NCBI GenBank assembly: GCA_001643675.2 | Contig: LSRY02000005.1 | Location: forward strand, 868,001 to 932,000 | Direction of reading: 5' to 3' | DNA length: 64,000 nt | Source of the DNA: Monocercomonoides exilis PA203 | Taxonomy: Eukaryota > Protista > Preaxostyla | In this document: positions 22,501 through 34,836 of the stretch, piece by piece | How the letters are laid out: each line of letters begins with the position of its first letter | How positions within the stretch are numbered: position 1 is the stretch's first letter | Notes under the pieces: generated by a model | What the model was told of the DNA's origin: nothing | The model's database searches: none | The model's input: the letters and a program-made list of their open reading frames with translations, nothing else | Translations under genes and position numbers: made by a program

Positions 22501-25500
22501 AAGCAGAAGGGCAGACAGACGGGAAGAAGAACCAGACGAAGAAAACACTCGAGCTGACAATGAAACGTTTGACTCGTTTGTGGAATGGTCCTTTGAAGAT
22601 GTTGATGACATGGAGATTCCTGTATTCAGGCTTTTCGTTCTACCGCTGACAATGTCCGCAAGCGATGCAAGTGCTTTCGATGGTGTGTTGAATTCGAGTG
22701 TAGTGATCAGCGATGAATCAATTGCAGCATCAATAATCTGCGATGAAGCGCCAGCAATAACGCATTTGGGCATCATTTTTTTGCATTCGCTTTTCTCGCA
22801 ATCTTTTGCTTTTATTTCAGATAAAATCTTCTCTCGCAATTCTGAAAAGCAGGTGATAACATTTTCAATTGCCAAAACAAGTCGTGATTTATGAGGATCA
22901 ACAAAGCCACAAGTTGCGCTGCTCATTCCAGAAAGCGAAAGGAATCGGAGATTCAGCTGCACCACAGAAAGAACGGATAAGAGAGATGCGCATATTCCTT
23001 GTGCGACTGTTGTTCCTCCGGAGCAAACAGCACTAACTGTCTGACTCACGTTTTTAAGGAGATTGACTGATGTGGCCATCTCTCTAAACATGTACTCAGT
23101 CAGGTCAACACCGAATGGAATAAACAAAGGCAGTATCTTTCCTTCTCCAGGTCCGCTGATAACACTTGAAGATGATTCGCTTGAACCTCCCAATGCATTT
23201 GCTCCGTTGTTAGTCGTGCCAAACCAACAGGAAGCGCTCAACTCTCCAATTGAGCTCAGAATGGACGAAGCCAAAAGAAGACGGATGGAATCTTCCTTCC
23301 AATTTGGCACGTTGCTTGTGTTATCTGAAGCAGAAGTAGACTTTACGCATTCGCAAGCAGTCTTAATGGCAGCATCAAACAAGTCGCGACTGTTCATCCG
23401 TTGCTGAGTCTTTGAGGAACATGTGCATTTTCCCTCTTCTTTGCACTCGTCTTGATTCAAGAGCCAAGGCTGGCTCTGCACAAAAGCAGGGACTGCTGTT
23501 CCCGTTTGATTAATCACTTTCATAATATTGTGCATTATTTTTCCTTTGTTCTCTTCATCTTCTGACGCAACTGGTGTATCTGACAAAAGAGATGTTCGGG
23601 AACTAACCATCACAAAGTTGTTGTGAGATCTATCATAGCACAAGGCTCCTTCATCCATTCCATCAACGATTTTCCATCCAAGTGAAGTGCATGGCTTTCC
23701 TGTTTCCTCCTCTTCCTCATCATCATCATCATCATCATCATCATCAGATTCCTCTCCATCTCTTGGTTCTTTTGCAAGAGCATCTTTAAGCTTTGCATAG
23801 ACCGAATTTTCACATGCTTTTGAATCTAAATCTGTCACATCAGACACATTGCACCCACAAAGGCACCGCAGAATGTGTCTCTTCTTCTTTTTATTCTTTT
23901 TTTCTTCGTCACTTAAAACTTCGCTACTCAAATCAAACTGGATCATCTCTGCAACTACCAATTTCTTTATAGCTTTTTCATCATCTTCTTCAATCGATAA
24001 AGAAGCATGTGAATCGCTGCTTCCTTTGCATATCATTCCAATTGTTGCTCCGTTGCAAAACACTCTTCCGCTAAAGAGATCGCCAATAGTCACATAATTG
24101 TTGGAAACAACAGCAGAAGATGTTGACGACGCATCGATAAGCCTCATGCTGTGCCCTTGCTGATGGAGCTGGTTTGTTCTTCCACCCATGGCGCATGACT
24201 CACACATAATAAACTCCTCTTTGTCACCTGAATAAATCTGGTTGCATCGATCGCAAATAAATAAGCGCCCGTTTGGAGAAATCTCTTCGTCGCACAGTTT
24301 GCATTTCACGCTTTTCAACGCACTTTGTCTTGATAATGCCATGCTTCCTCTGACGTCGATAAGATGACGCCTAACCAGCATCCAGTGGTTTGCAGGGTCA
24401 AATACGTGCACAACAATAAAAGGCACCTCCTCGTTCGAACTTGCACTGACAGGATCCATTCTCAGTGTGCCAATGTGATACACGTACTGTCCATCGCTCT
24501 TCATCACTGCGAATGCAAAGTGGCCCATCTTGCGGATCTGCTTGCCGCTAATGCAGCCTGTCTTCTTTGATTTCGATCCTTCTTCGTCCTCTGATTCGTT
24601 GTCAGTGTCTTCTTCGTATTCCTCAATCCCTGACACGTCTTCTTCTTCGTCTTCTTTCTCATCCTTATCCTCTTTGTTCGTTTCTGATTCAAGCTTGATA
24701 GAAACAGCTGCCGTAGCTTTCTTGACAGGAGTGTCAAAAAGAGATGCTTTCTTCTTCTTTTCTTTCTTCTTCTTTTTTAATGAACTGTCAGAGTCATCAT
24801 CTGAATTTGATTCGTCATCAGATGAATCATCATCATCATCATCATCACTTTCATCTTCGCTGTCATCATCGTCTTCGCTATCGTCTTCTTTTTTTGAATC
24901 GTCTTCATCATTCTTTTTGTCCGATTCTTCAGAAGTTTTTCCTTCGTCTTGTGCTTTCTTTGCTGCAGAGTCTGCTCTGCCTCTTCCACTTTCCTTTCCG
25001 CCAAGATAATACCTCAAAAAGGGATAGTCCCCGCACAGCTCACCAACAACTTTGAACAGGTCAGGTAATTCTATTGTTTCTCCTTCGATCACTTTTGCTT
25101 GCTCTTCTCCTTCAGACGCGTTCTCTTGAAGATTCACTTTGCTCAAAAGTGCCAACTGCTCGGAGTCATAAACAGAAATAACACACTGCCGTTCAGAATT
25201 GTTCTCTCCGTTTTCTTTTGTATTCGCTTTATTGTTCTTTTGACGAACTTTTCCTGTTGTTGTCCTGTGCACCACGCAGATTCTCCGCTGAGGATAAGTC
25301 AAAGCAAATAGTCCACATTCTGATCCTATTTTCCTCTCTGATGTGGTGCTTCCCTCAAATAGATCGATGCCTCCTTCAGACTCTCCTTCTTTGTCGTCCT
25401 CCTTCCTTGCTGTATACTCGCGTCCAGCAAGTGTGCCTTCTTGGCCTGTACCGAAACGTCTGATAACAGCATCTCCACACAACACAAATAAATATTTTCC

Positions 25501-26591
25501 ATCGCAGGCAACTGAAAGAATTTCTCTTTGCTTTAATTTTCCTTTTTCTTCTTTTGCTCTCTGGCTTCCGGATTCTTTATGTTGTAGAATAGCACCCGAT
25601 GAAAACGCCAATTCTGCGGATGTCCACTCAGATTTTGCTTTCGTGTCAAAAGGATAAGATCCATGCTGTTTTGTTAATTTTGAAATGCTTTCCCAAATTC
25701 CCCCTATCTCAATTACGCTTTTCTTTTGGCTTTTTTCATTGACTATCTTTGTTCCTTGCTCTTGAGATGACGATTGAGTTGACATTAACAGTTCGTTTGC
25801 TGCTTCGAGAAGATATTGAACTCGTCCACTTGAAATTCCAAGAGCAACAAGAACAGCGACAGCATCCAAGCAATCCAGATTGCCTGTTGTTGCGCTTTGA
25901 TTCTTGCGACGCTCATGGCGAAACCATGTAACCATCTCACCAATCCCTTTATAAACGCTGTACATTTGAGGTGAAAGTGATTGTGATGATAGAGAACCAA
26001 CGGCTTTGTACATTGATTGAAGAACAGTTTGGCCAACTTCTGGAGATGCAATGCTTAATGCTTTTGCAAGGCCACAACATAGATTCAAAGCCATTTCAAC
26101 CGAACTTTGCGTTCCCTGACCTTGGGGCATTGTTGGTTCAACAACGAGTTTTGGAGGCTCTTCGATCTAAGTTCAAAAAATCATTCCAAAATATTCAAAA
26201 GAAAATGAATCATAAAGAACAATGATAGCAACAAGAAAATAATGCAAACTGTTTCTTCCATTTCTTTTCTCGTTTGAACGCCAATTCGACTTAATAATTC
26301 GGATCTCATTGAATATAACTCCGAAAATTGAGCCATTTCAGGTGCTTGTGCAATCAAAGCCTTGCTAAATTCTTCTGTTCCTATATATTTCCCGATTAAA
26401 TAACTAAAATTCTCGAAATCCTTTGCGGAAAATGCTTGTTGATTTGGCATTAAATCCACTTCGCTTTCGCTCACAGCACGAAATGGACTTGTCTCAAATT
26501 TTTCACGAAGAAAATCTTCATCGAAAATGCTCTCTGTTCCAATTGAGAGCAATGATTTTTCATCGTTAACGTTACTTGAAATATTACCCAT
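13537..26591 (-). CDS. Giant (~4323 aa) HECTD4/ZZEF1-like scaffold with ZZ finger, CUB-like, PIMT-like and UBR-box-like regions; no HECT domain
   Basis: Exon 26591-26250, phase-0 intron 26249-26167, exon 26166-13537. MGNISS start; LSVACDGKYLFV...RFGTGQEGTLAG; CKLC...CDRC...CESC...HQQGH; VESDHPH...EWGVELTV. The CDS is secure; the family label is from recall. Confidence 0.75.
13540..13752 (-). repeat. Coding 9-nt-period tandem repeat encoding an (Asp-Ser-Asp)n tail
   Basis: Plus-strand units gaatcgtct / gagtcatcg / gaatcatct repeated about 20 times; the protein ends DSDDSDDSD. Confidence 0.9.
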
Positions 26592-26948
26592 GACAAATTA
26601 GTCACAGTAACAATTAAGGGAAATGAATATTTTTGGTGTTATGTTTGCAAAGAACGCTTATTATTGAAATAAATAAATGTATATATTATTTCAAAGCATA
26701 TTCATTGATATTCATTTAAAACTTTCGCTCTATTTTTAAAATTATAGGAAATTGATCAATTGAATTACAAGAAAAAGAAGAATAAAAAAGATCTATTTGA
26801 AATGAATTCCAGCGTTTCGATTTATACAATTACGAGTTTCACACATCTCAAACTTAAGATTTCAAGTGAAATGGAAAGTCTTAGTTATTCGACAATAATT
26901 ACAAATAAATTATTAATTTCAACAGATTAATCAAAACTAAAAAAAAAA

Positions 26949-29256
26949 TTATCGATATAATTTCATCCCCTGAAGGCAATATTGCCACCTTGTGCTATCA
27001 TCGATTTGTCTGAATCTGTCTTCTTCATCTGGAGAAATAGCAAGGCAATATATGATATCCTGAACAGCACGTTTAGCTCTCTCAGCAAATAATCCGAAAT
27101 CTTTGAGCGTAATTGACTTGTCTGCATCTGGATGGAACAGCAGAGGAGCAAATGTGTATGCAAGTTGCGTGACATTCGAAAGAAATTGTGCTTCGGCTTT
27201 GTCAAATGCCATCTGTAAAAGCAAATTGTTAATAAAAAAAAATTGAGATTTATGAAAAAGGAAACATTAAAATGTGATAATGAAATAATTGGCTTAATGT
27301 GATGAATAACAAAAGGTTTCAAACTCTTCTCAGAAAGCGAATAAGATATTTCAAAGTGTAAAAATTCATGTTTGGTGTGTGTGTCTCTATGATCGTGCAT
27401 GTGTTGATTGCAGACTCTGAGTTTCTGATCCTTTTGTGAAGTGCAGCTGGAATCAATGGCTCAGACAGCCCGCGCAGCCAGTTCTTCAGCAGCGTCGCGA
27501 TCGTCGTGGCAGGCACAGCGCCCGAGTCGTCTGCGGTATTTGCGTCTTTCCACTCAGAAACGAAGTAATTCCCCGTGTTTGCCATCTTCTTTGCATGTGC
27601 AACTTGAGAAGGATTGCCAGAAATCGCAAAGAGAGCAGTGATGTCTTTGGATGTCGCATTCGGCGGAACAACAATTGAATTGCAAAGAACTGCTAAAATC
27701 TGAGGAATAATCATTGTCTTCAAAGGGATATGAAGTGGAGGCACAAGCTGACGTGGTTCAAACGAGTTGTCAGAAATGTATGAGGATGCAGGCTCATTCT
27801 CGTTGCGAGCTTCTCCTCTTGCTTCAACGCCAGAAGACTCAATTTGCAGAGCTGAATCAGTATTCTCTCCATCGACTTTCTTTTCTTCCGCCTCTTCCTC
27901 TGCGTGTGTCTGCTCTTTTTCCTCAATTGGCGCAGTTGGTGGTGCTTCGCTAGGCGGAAGAGGGCGGCGATGTTTGAGTCGCTTGTGCTGAGTGCTGTCG
28001 CCAGATGACAACGTTTCTTTAGATGACTCTGTCAGATTGTCACCCTCATCCATTGAACTGTTATCTCTTTCTTTTTGTGCCTCTTCAAATGCCTCTGCTT
28101 CTCTTTTGCTTCTTTCTTCTTCTTCCGCTTGCCTCATTGCTTTTTCTCTCTCCGCTCTAAGCTTCTCTTTTCTTTCTCTTTGTTCGACCGCCATCTTCAT
28201 TGCTTTCTCTTCATCATATAATTCTTCAGTGTAAATCTGCCAACAATATATTTCATCAAGCCAAGTATCAAAAACTCGAGGTATTAAAACATTTATCGGT
28301 AATACATCTAATTGTGCATCCATGTTTAAACTTATCGGTTTATCCTCTTTTATTGAATTGCTGATCTCTGCATTATCTTTTGAATCCTTTTTGGATTTAT
28401 TATTCAAATTCTGTGCATCGGATGAACCTCCAGCAACAACACGGGGATCAACGCTCACACTCCATCCTCCAATTGAAAGTCCAGTGTAAATTTTTGATAA
28501 ACTCATGGTTAATAAAAAATACTTTAATGAGACAAATGGGGTTCGAAATTGGGAATTTGACGACCCCGTACCAGAAGAAGCGCTTTTTGTATTTGAATTA
28601 TCTTGACCTTTTAGAATTCTTCGTTCAACTTGTTGTTGCGTATTTATAGCATTAATTAGGCAAGGCTCAAGTTTAGGAGTTGGTAGAATGCATGATAGTA
28701 AAAGCGACATTAATCTCCAACCAATCAAAGTGGACTCTGTACTTGGGTTGTCAGAAACTTGCCTTAAAATTTGGCAAATGGATTCATCCCGCAGTTCAGG
28801 TATTTTGACAGCTCTTGTTATAAACATATTCACATGCTGTTTGATTGAAAATTTTGCTGGAGCATCTTTCATAATGCACAGTAAATCCATGAATTGAGCT
28901 TTTCCTTCACTTTTCAAAAACTCATGGTTCAAATCAGGCATTCTTAAAAGAGCTTTTTTTAAAGGCTCGGTTGAATGAGTCAATAGTTTTGCAAGGGGAA
29001 TAACCTTATTAAATCCTTTTGTATGTGTCGTAAATAATTCTTTGGCGAAATTCGTAAAGGAATGTTCGCTAACCTTTTCATCAAGAGATTCGTCAATTTC
29101 TCCTAAAAAAATAATATCTGGTCTTCCAACAAAAATGCTATCTTCTATTGTTCGTCTTCCTGGCTGATCAGAAAATACAATACTTGGAGCTATATATGCG
29201 ATATCTTTCACCGGAACTTCTATGTTCGGTGAAAGCGAAAATGTTTCTTGTTCCAT
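26949..29256 (-). CDS. MyTH4 + RhoGAP-like protein (ARHGAP39-type architecture, no WW domains seen), 2 exons
   Basis: MyTH4: HSTEPLKKALL, PELRDESICQILRQVSDNP...GWRLMSLL. RhoGAP: IPQILAVL, IATLLKNWLRGLSEPLIP, NFYTLKYLIRFL, LAYTFAPLLF. Phase-0 intron 27324-27213. Confidence 0.88.
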
Positions 29257-29601
29257 CCAATTTTATATTGGTTATATGATCTTTTTTTAAAGGATTATTT
29301 ACGAACAAATTTCAGATGTTTGTCATTGTCATTATGGAAGCACAAAAAAACATGTGGGAATGATTGAAGAATAGGCGATATTGTTATCATAGTGAAAATT
29401 TATTTTCAAAAGTCGTTCATTGATAAAAGAAAAAACAAAAAATATTGTATCTTATCGTTGAGCAACGGTTTCTTTATTCATTTTCAATATCGCTCATGAA
29501 AAAGCCATTTTTTTGTATTGATTGGGTTCACGAAAATAAAACAAATTAGATTTTGTCAATAAATCATTCAAAACCTTTAACATTTTTTTCTATAAACAAA
29601 A

Positions 29602-30697
29602 GGGACATAATATTTGACTTCAGACATTTTCATTGAATAATTATGCATATGCGATGAACTTTTTGTGATCAGAAAATTAGAAATAAATATGTTGATTTTT
29701 TGAAATACGTTTGGTGTAACAAAACATAATGTTATTATATCAATGATGTTTGTTAACAGATATGAAAATCAAATTGTTTTTGAAATCTGGTTGAGTTTAA
29801 AAATGTTATAAGTGAAACAGTTTTTTCATGTTTTGTGCATAAAAAGCTTGAAAGTCCATATTTTCCCCCATTTGTTTTGCTCGTTTTTAACCAACTCTCT
29901 TTCTTTGTTTATTTTTAATTACAAGGTTATGAAACATGCATATCTTCGTTTTATTATTCGAAATGTTTTATGTTTTTGACATTTCATCATTTTTGACAAA
30001 AAATATGAAAAAATAATAATAATAAGCAACACATTTTTTGGATATTTAAAGTGATGTGCATGAAATGAAAAAGATTTATATAAAGGATTGGCCTGGTTAA
30101 AACTTTGTGATATGTTGTTGCTCAAGAAGCACAAATTAATTTTCGAAAAAGACAAATAAGCTTTTTTCAAATTTGGTTTAAATTGAAATGACTAATTGCT
30201 AAGAAAATCAACACATTATTATCTTATTGACATGATATCGCGGTAAATAATTCATGCAATCAAATAAAAGCAAAGAAATTTTCATTTTTTCATATTTTTT
30301 TTTTTAAATTGATTAAATGTCAAAAACATAAAACATTTCGAATAATAAAACGAAGATATGCATGTTTCATAACCTTGTAATTAAAAATAAACAAAGAAAG
30401 AGAGTTGGTTAAAAACGAGCAAAACAAATGGGGGAAAATATGGACTTTCAAGCTTTTTATGCACAAAACATGAAAAAACTGTTTCACTTATAACATTTTT
30501 AAACTCAACCAGATTTCAAAAACAATTTGATTTTCATATCTGTTAACAAACATCATTGATATAATAACATTATGTTTTGTTACACCAAACGTATTTCAAA
30601 AAATCAACATATTTATTTCTAATTTTCTGATCACAAAAAGTTCATCGCATATGCATAATTATTCAATGAAAATGTCTGAAGTCAAATATTTTGTCCC
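29602..30697. repeat. Long inverted repeat 1: 383-bp arms (29602-29984 / 30315-30697), 330-bp spacer
   Basis: Compared line by line, the arms are reverse complements with one mismatch seen (29608). Confidence 0.96.
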
Positions 30698-30896
30698 AAA
30701 TGATCAAAAATAAATTAAAAAATTCTTTGATCTTCATCAAAAACAAAAATTGTTACTAAAAAATTTCTGTCCCGTCATAAATAGTTTAATAAAAAAATAA
30801 ATGTTTGCCTTTTTAATTTTTATCATCTATTTCTTCTGTTTTAATGAACAAAAAAAATAACCGGATTTGTGAAAATGTTCGGGTTTATTAATCACC

Positions 30897-31260
30897 ATAC
30901 AGATATCGCATAAAATACCGGACAAGATCGATATCTTAATAACCGCAAGAAGACATTTTCTGACAATTTTCCTCAAAACACATCTCGTCAATACAAACTC
31001 ATTTAAAAAACAAGACTTTCAAAATAGCTTCATTTGTGCTCAGAAAAAAATATTATTTGATTCCAAGAGAAACTTAAAATCCAATTTCATCGAGATTTTT
31101 AAAATAATTTTCTCTGAGCACAAATGAAGCTATTTTAAAAGTCTTGTTTTTTAAATGAGTTTGTATTGACGAGATGTGTTTTGAGGAAAATTGTCAGAAA
31201 ATGTCTTCTTGCGGTTATTAAGATATCGATCTTGTCCGGTATTTTATGCGATATCTGTAT
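30897..31260. repeat. Long inverted repeat 2: 148-bp arms (30897-31044 / 31113-31260), 68-bp spacer
   Basis: atacagatatcgcataaaataccgg... versus ...ccggtattttatgcgatatctgtat; one mismatch seen (31020). Confidence 0.96.
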
Positions 31261-31427
31261 ATTTCATTTTTAATGAGCATAATTGATTGTTTTAACAATT
31301 TTCATTAGTATTTTTCATATGAATATATCTCTTCTTCAATAGAAAATGTTTATCTGTTTTTCATTATTACTTGTTAAAAATTTGCGAAAAAATAGTGATC
31401 ACAAATGTAATTATTATTATTTATGAC

Positions 31428-34198
31428 ATGAATCAAACTGCTTTGTCTTATTCTCTAAAATGTCAGTCATTTAAAGTTTCTGAACATTTTGATTTTAAAA
31501 GATACATATATTCACAGAAAGAAATATTCAGTTGGAATAATATATCGGATGTATGACATTTCTTTTTAACTGACTTCATTTATTTAAATTGATAAAATAA
31601 TTAACTTCAAATCAGGAGCCGTATAGCAAAACACTTACATCTTCATTATTATCGTTATCATTTTATCCATCTCTAAAAGTTCTTTCATTTTGTGGATGCC
31701 CTCGTGAAATCTTAATTGATAAATCAATTATTTCTTCTTTGTTGCATTTAATCTCGCACAGTAAAACTCTTGAAGTAATTGACCTTAGAGATTGTAATAT
31801 ATGCAGCGATGTAGCAGAAGCATTTTTTGAAACAATATGTTGTAATTCATCAATTAAACAACTTTTCATTTCTGGGAATTCTCTGGAAGAAAAAGCTTTG
31901 CTAAGCCTTTGCAACAGCATGACCAAGAATCCATCTTTGACTGTTTTAGATATTTCAAGAAATAAAGCTGTTTCAAGAAGTCAAATAACAACTCAGGCCT
32001 TTGGAATAACTTTTCCCCTGATGAACAATTTACATACACTTTGGATTTCATTGTCTTCTTTTCAAGTCGAACAACAAATTCATAATATTTCTAAACTTGC
32101 ATCGCTTAAATCACTCGGATGGACATGCTCACGAATTGATGATAGGAATTTTGCATATTTTCTTCTTGAATTACCAGGAATTAAGCAATCTCCAATTGCA
32201 ACGTTATTGAAACGGGTTCAGAACATACTATTAAAAGAGGAAATGGAAACTTTTGAGAGTTGTAAACAGGCAAATATTGAAATATCTTCATCAGAAAAAC
32301 AATTCACAAAATCTTCAGAGATCACTTCTTCAACAGCTGCTGCCAAAAAAAAGCAATCATCATCTTCTTCTCCATCTTCTGTGCCGCGACCAATGAGCAT
32401 GAGGGAGCGTATCCAAGAGCGCGAGAGACTGCGCATTGAAGCTGAACAAAAGGAAAAAGAAGAAAAAAGACTTCAACAGAGGTTGAAAGGCGTGCAAGTC
32501 AGTGAGGTTTTAAAAGTGATGAGATCCATTGAACAATACAAAGCAGGCAGCATCCAATCTATTGAAATCGATGATGCAGATGCAGAAGAAAAAGACGAGG
32601 AGAGCGCTGATGTTGAACAGAAGAAGGAAGGCCCGCCAATACAGCATCCTTCAATCATTACACAGAACTCTTCTCAACATGTTTCAAGAGCTGAACGTAC
32701 AAGTCCTCTGATTGCTTCAAAGGCAGAGAAATCGAATGAGACAGCAACAACTTCAGATACGCAGCAGTCATCTCCACAGAAAAAGCATCGCTCACCGTCT
32801 CCATCTCGCACTCTCCAGACAGCGCCAAAAGGCGCAGCTCCATTTGCACATTTGTCTGCTTTGAACTTGTCTCACTCTTCAATCACTCCTTTGTCTGCTT
32901 CGTGCATCTTTCTCGCTCTCACAACGGATCTGCCCCTGATTTCTCTTTCTCTGTCTCACTGCCCCATATTCGCCAATTCAGCTTCAACTTCCGAAGATTG
33001 CCTGACAGACTGCCTCGTTTCAATGCTCCGAATGAATGTCTCCCTCATCAGCTTGGATCTCTCTTTCACTGGCATGCCCTCTCATTCTGCTCGTGCGATC
33101 ATTGACACTCTGCAAGAGGGATACTGCCTTCAGCTCTCTTCTTTGTCGCTGGGAGGGAACAGAGGAGACGAAGGGTGGAACGACACGGACGTGGCAGAGC
33201 CGCTTCTGAGGCTTGTTGTTGATGGAGGCAGAGTCACTTCACCCGAAACATCATCATCCACTTCAGCGTCTCAATCATCCCAGTCATCTCATTCATCTCA
33301 TTCACCACGTTCATCTTCATTTCTTTCACTTGGCTCAGATTCGTCTCCATTTCATTCTGACACTTCACCCCGTCTTTCGTCTCGAGCTGACTTGTATTTT
33401 GGCTCTTCAGCACCATCGCTGCTGCCAATGTGCGGTTTTCCAACTTCTCAGTCATTGCTTTTGCCAGAAGAAAAAAAAGAATGGAAAAGATGGTGGGACC
33501 GCTCTTTCCTCATCTCATTAGGCGATCTTTCAGAGTTTGCACTATTTATTTATTCTATTTTTTTAAATAATTTTTTTTCCTTAAATTTTTATTATATTTC
33601 TTTATGTTCACTTGCGAATTCAATCATGTGAATATCTTTTATTGGCTCAATCGTGTATAATCGAACACAAATGAAAATTCAGCTACTCTGCTTTTTCGGC
33701 ATCGATGATTTCTCGCTTGGCTGATGCACTTCATCGAAATGAGCTGTTGCTAACACTCGCTGCAGATGCAACACTCACTCCATTTCACAAATTACAAATG
33801 GCATCAAAAAGAAAGGTGTGAAAAAGAAAAGACTTACAAAAGAAAAAGAGAAATATTTTAAAAAAAATTTTTTATTTGCGGCTTGGCTATTGAAACTTTT
33901 TTTTCTATAAAAATTTCTCATCCATTTGACAAATTAATGTTTTTTCGTATCATTTTTCCTTTTCGTAATTGAATAATCTTTTATGGTAACTTTTCAGGAA
34001 ATCGAGAAAAGAAAGAGGCAGAAAGATCTTATTGCAGAAATTGAGCTTACCTCGCAACAAGTGCAAGCAATGTCTTCCTTTGCGCTACTCGAAAACGAAG
34101 CAGAAAAACAGAAAAAGCAAAAGAGACGATCTTCAACTGGGAGAAGTTCAAGGGCATCCAGTCGAATTTCAAGAAGAAGCATGTCTCCGAAAAAATGA
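31428..34198 (+). CDS. RNI-like leucine-rich repeat protein, at least 4 exons
   Basis: LEVIDLRDCNI, IKQLFISGNSL, LTVLDISRN, LSALNLSHSSI, LISLDLSFTGM, LSSLSLGGN. Introns 31551-31615, 33535-33682 and 33816-33997 keep the frame. The start is tentative. Confidence 0.85.
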
Positions 34199-34836
34199 AG
34201 TATGCATTAATTTTAATCGTGCAATTTTTTACAACAACTTTTATAAATATTAGTTATTATTTTGAAAAGTATTTCTGACAGAATAGAATCCCGAAAAAGA
34301 ATGAACATTTTATTCCTTCAGAATAAAATTTATATTTCAATTCGAAGGCGCAGACAATAATTTATCAATGAAAAAATACATTTATAATAGATTGGAGATC
34401 ATATCAGCAAAAAAATACAGTTAATTGTAACAAAATTTTTTGTTTTATGAATTTTGTTCCACTCTCTTCTTTCAAAGAATTTTTTTCGTTTTATTATATT
34501 TTTTTATTAAATATTGCACGATAATGTTAGAATTATAATCATACGATTGCAGAAAAGAATTGGAACAAATCATTAGATTTTTCATAAATGAAAAAATTCT
34601 GTTCCATTTTAATCGACAGCCCACAATTTTTATTTGTGAGAAATTTTCTTTTTTGATAATTATCTTTTGCTTTATGAAGAAAACAAATACTGCAAACGAT
34701 AGCAGACGCATTAACGCGTATTTATTTCGAACCATTGCGGGAATTGTCTTTTCTTAAAAATGTCGAATTGAAATCATTCGCATTTTTTCTACAAGGAGAT
34801 TATTTCTTTTTTAAAAGATATTCAGCCTTTTATATC

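Noticed and set aside
29919-30170. 83-aa ORF across the IR1 spacer
   Set aside because: Non-ATG start, AT-driven composition, no motif.
29602-31260. Inverted repeats as termini of a DNA transposon or MITE
   Set aside because: No target-site duplication, no transposase, and the two repeats are unrelated. Not excluded without a genome-wide search, so reported only as repeats.
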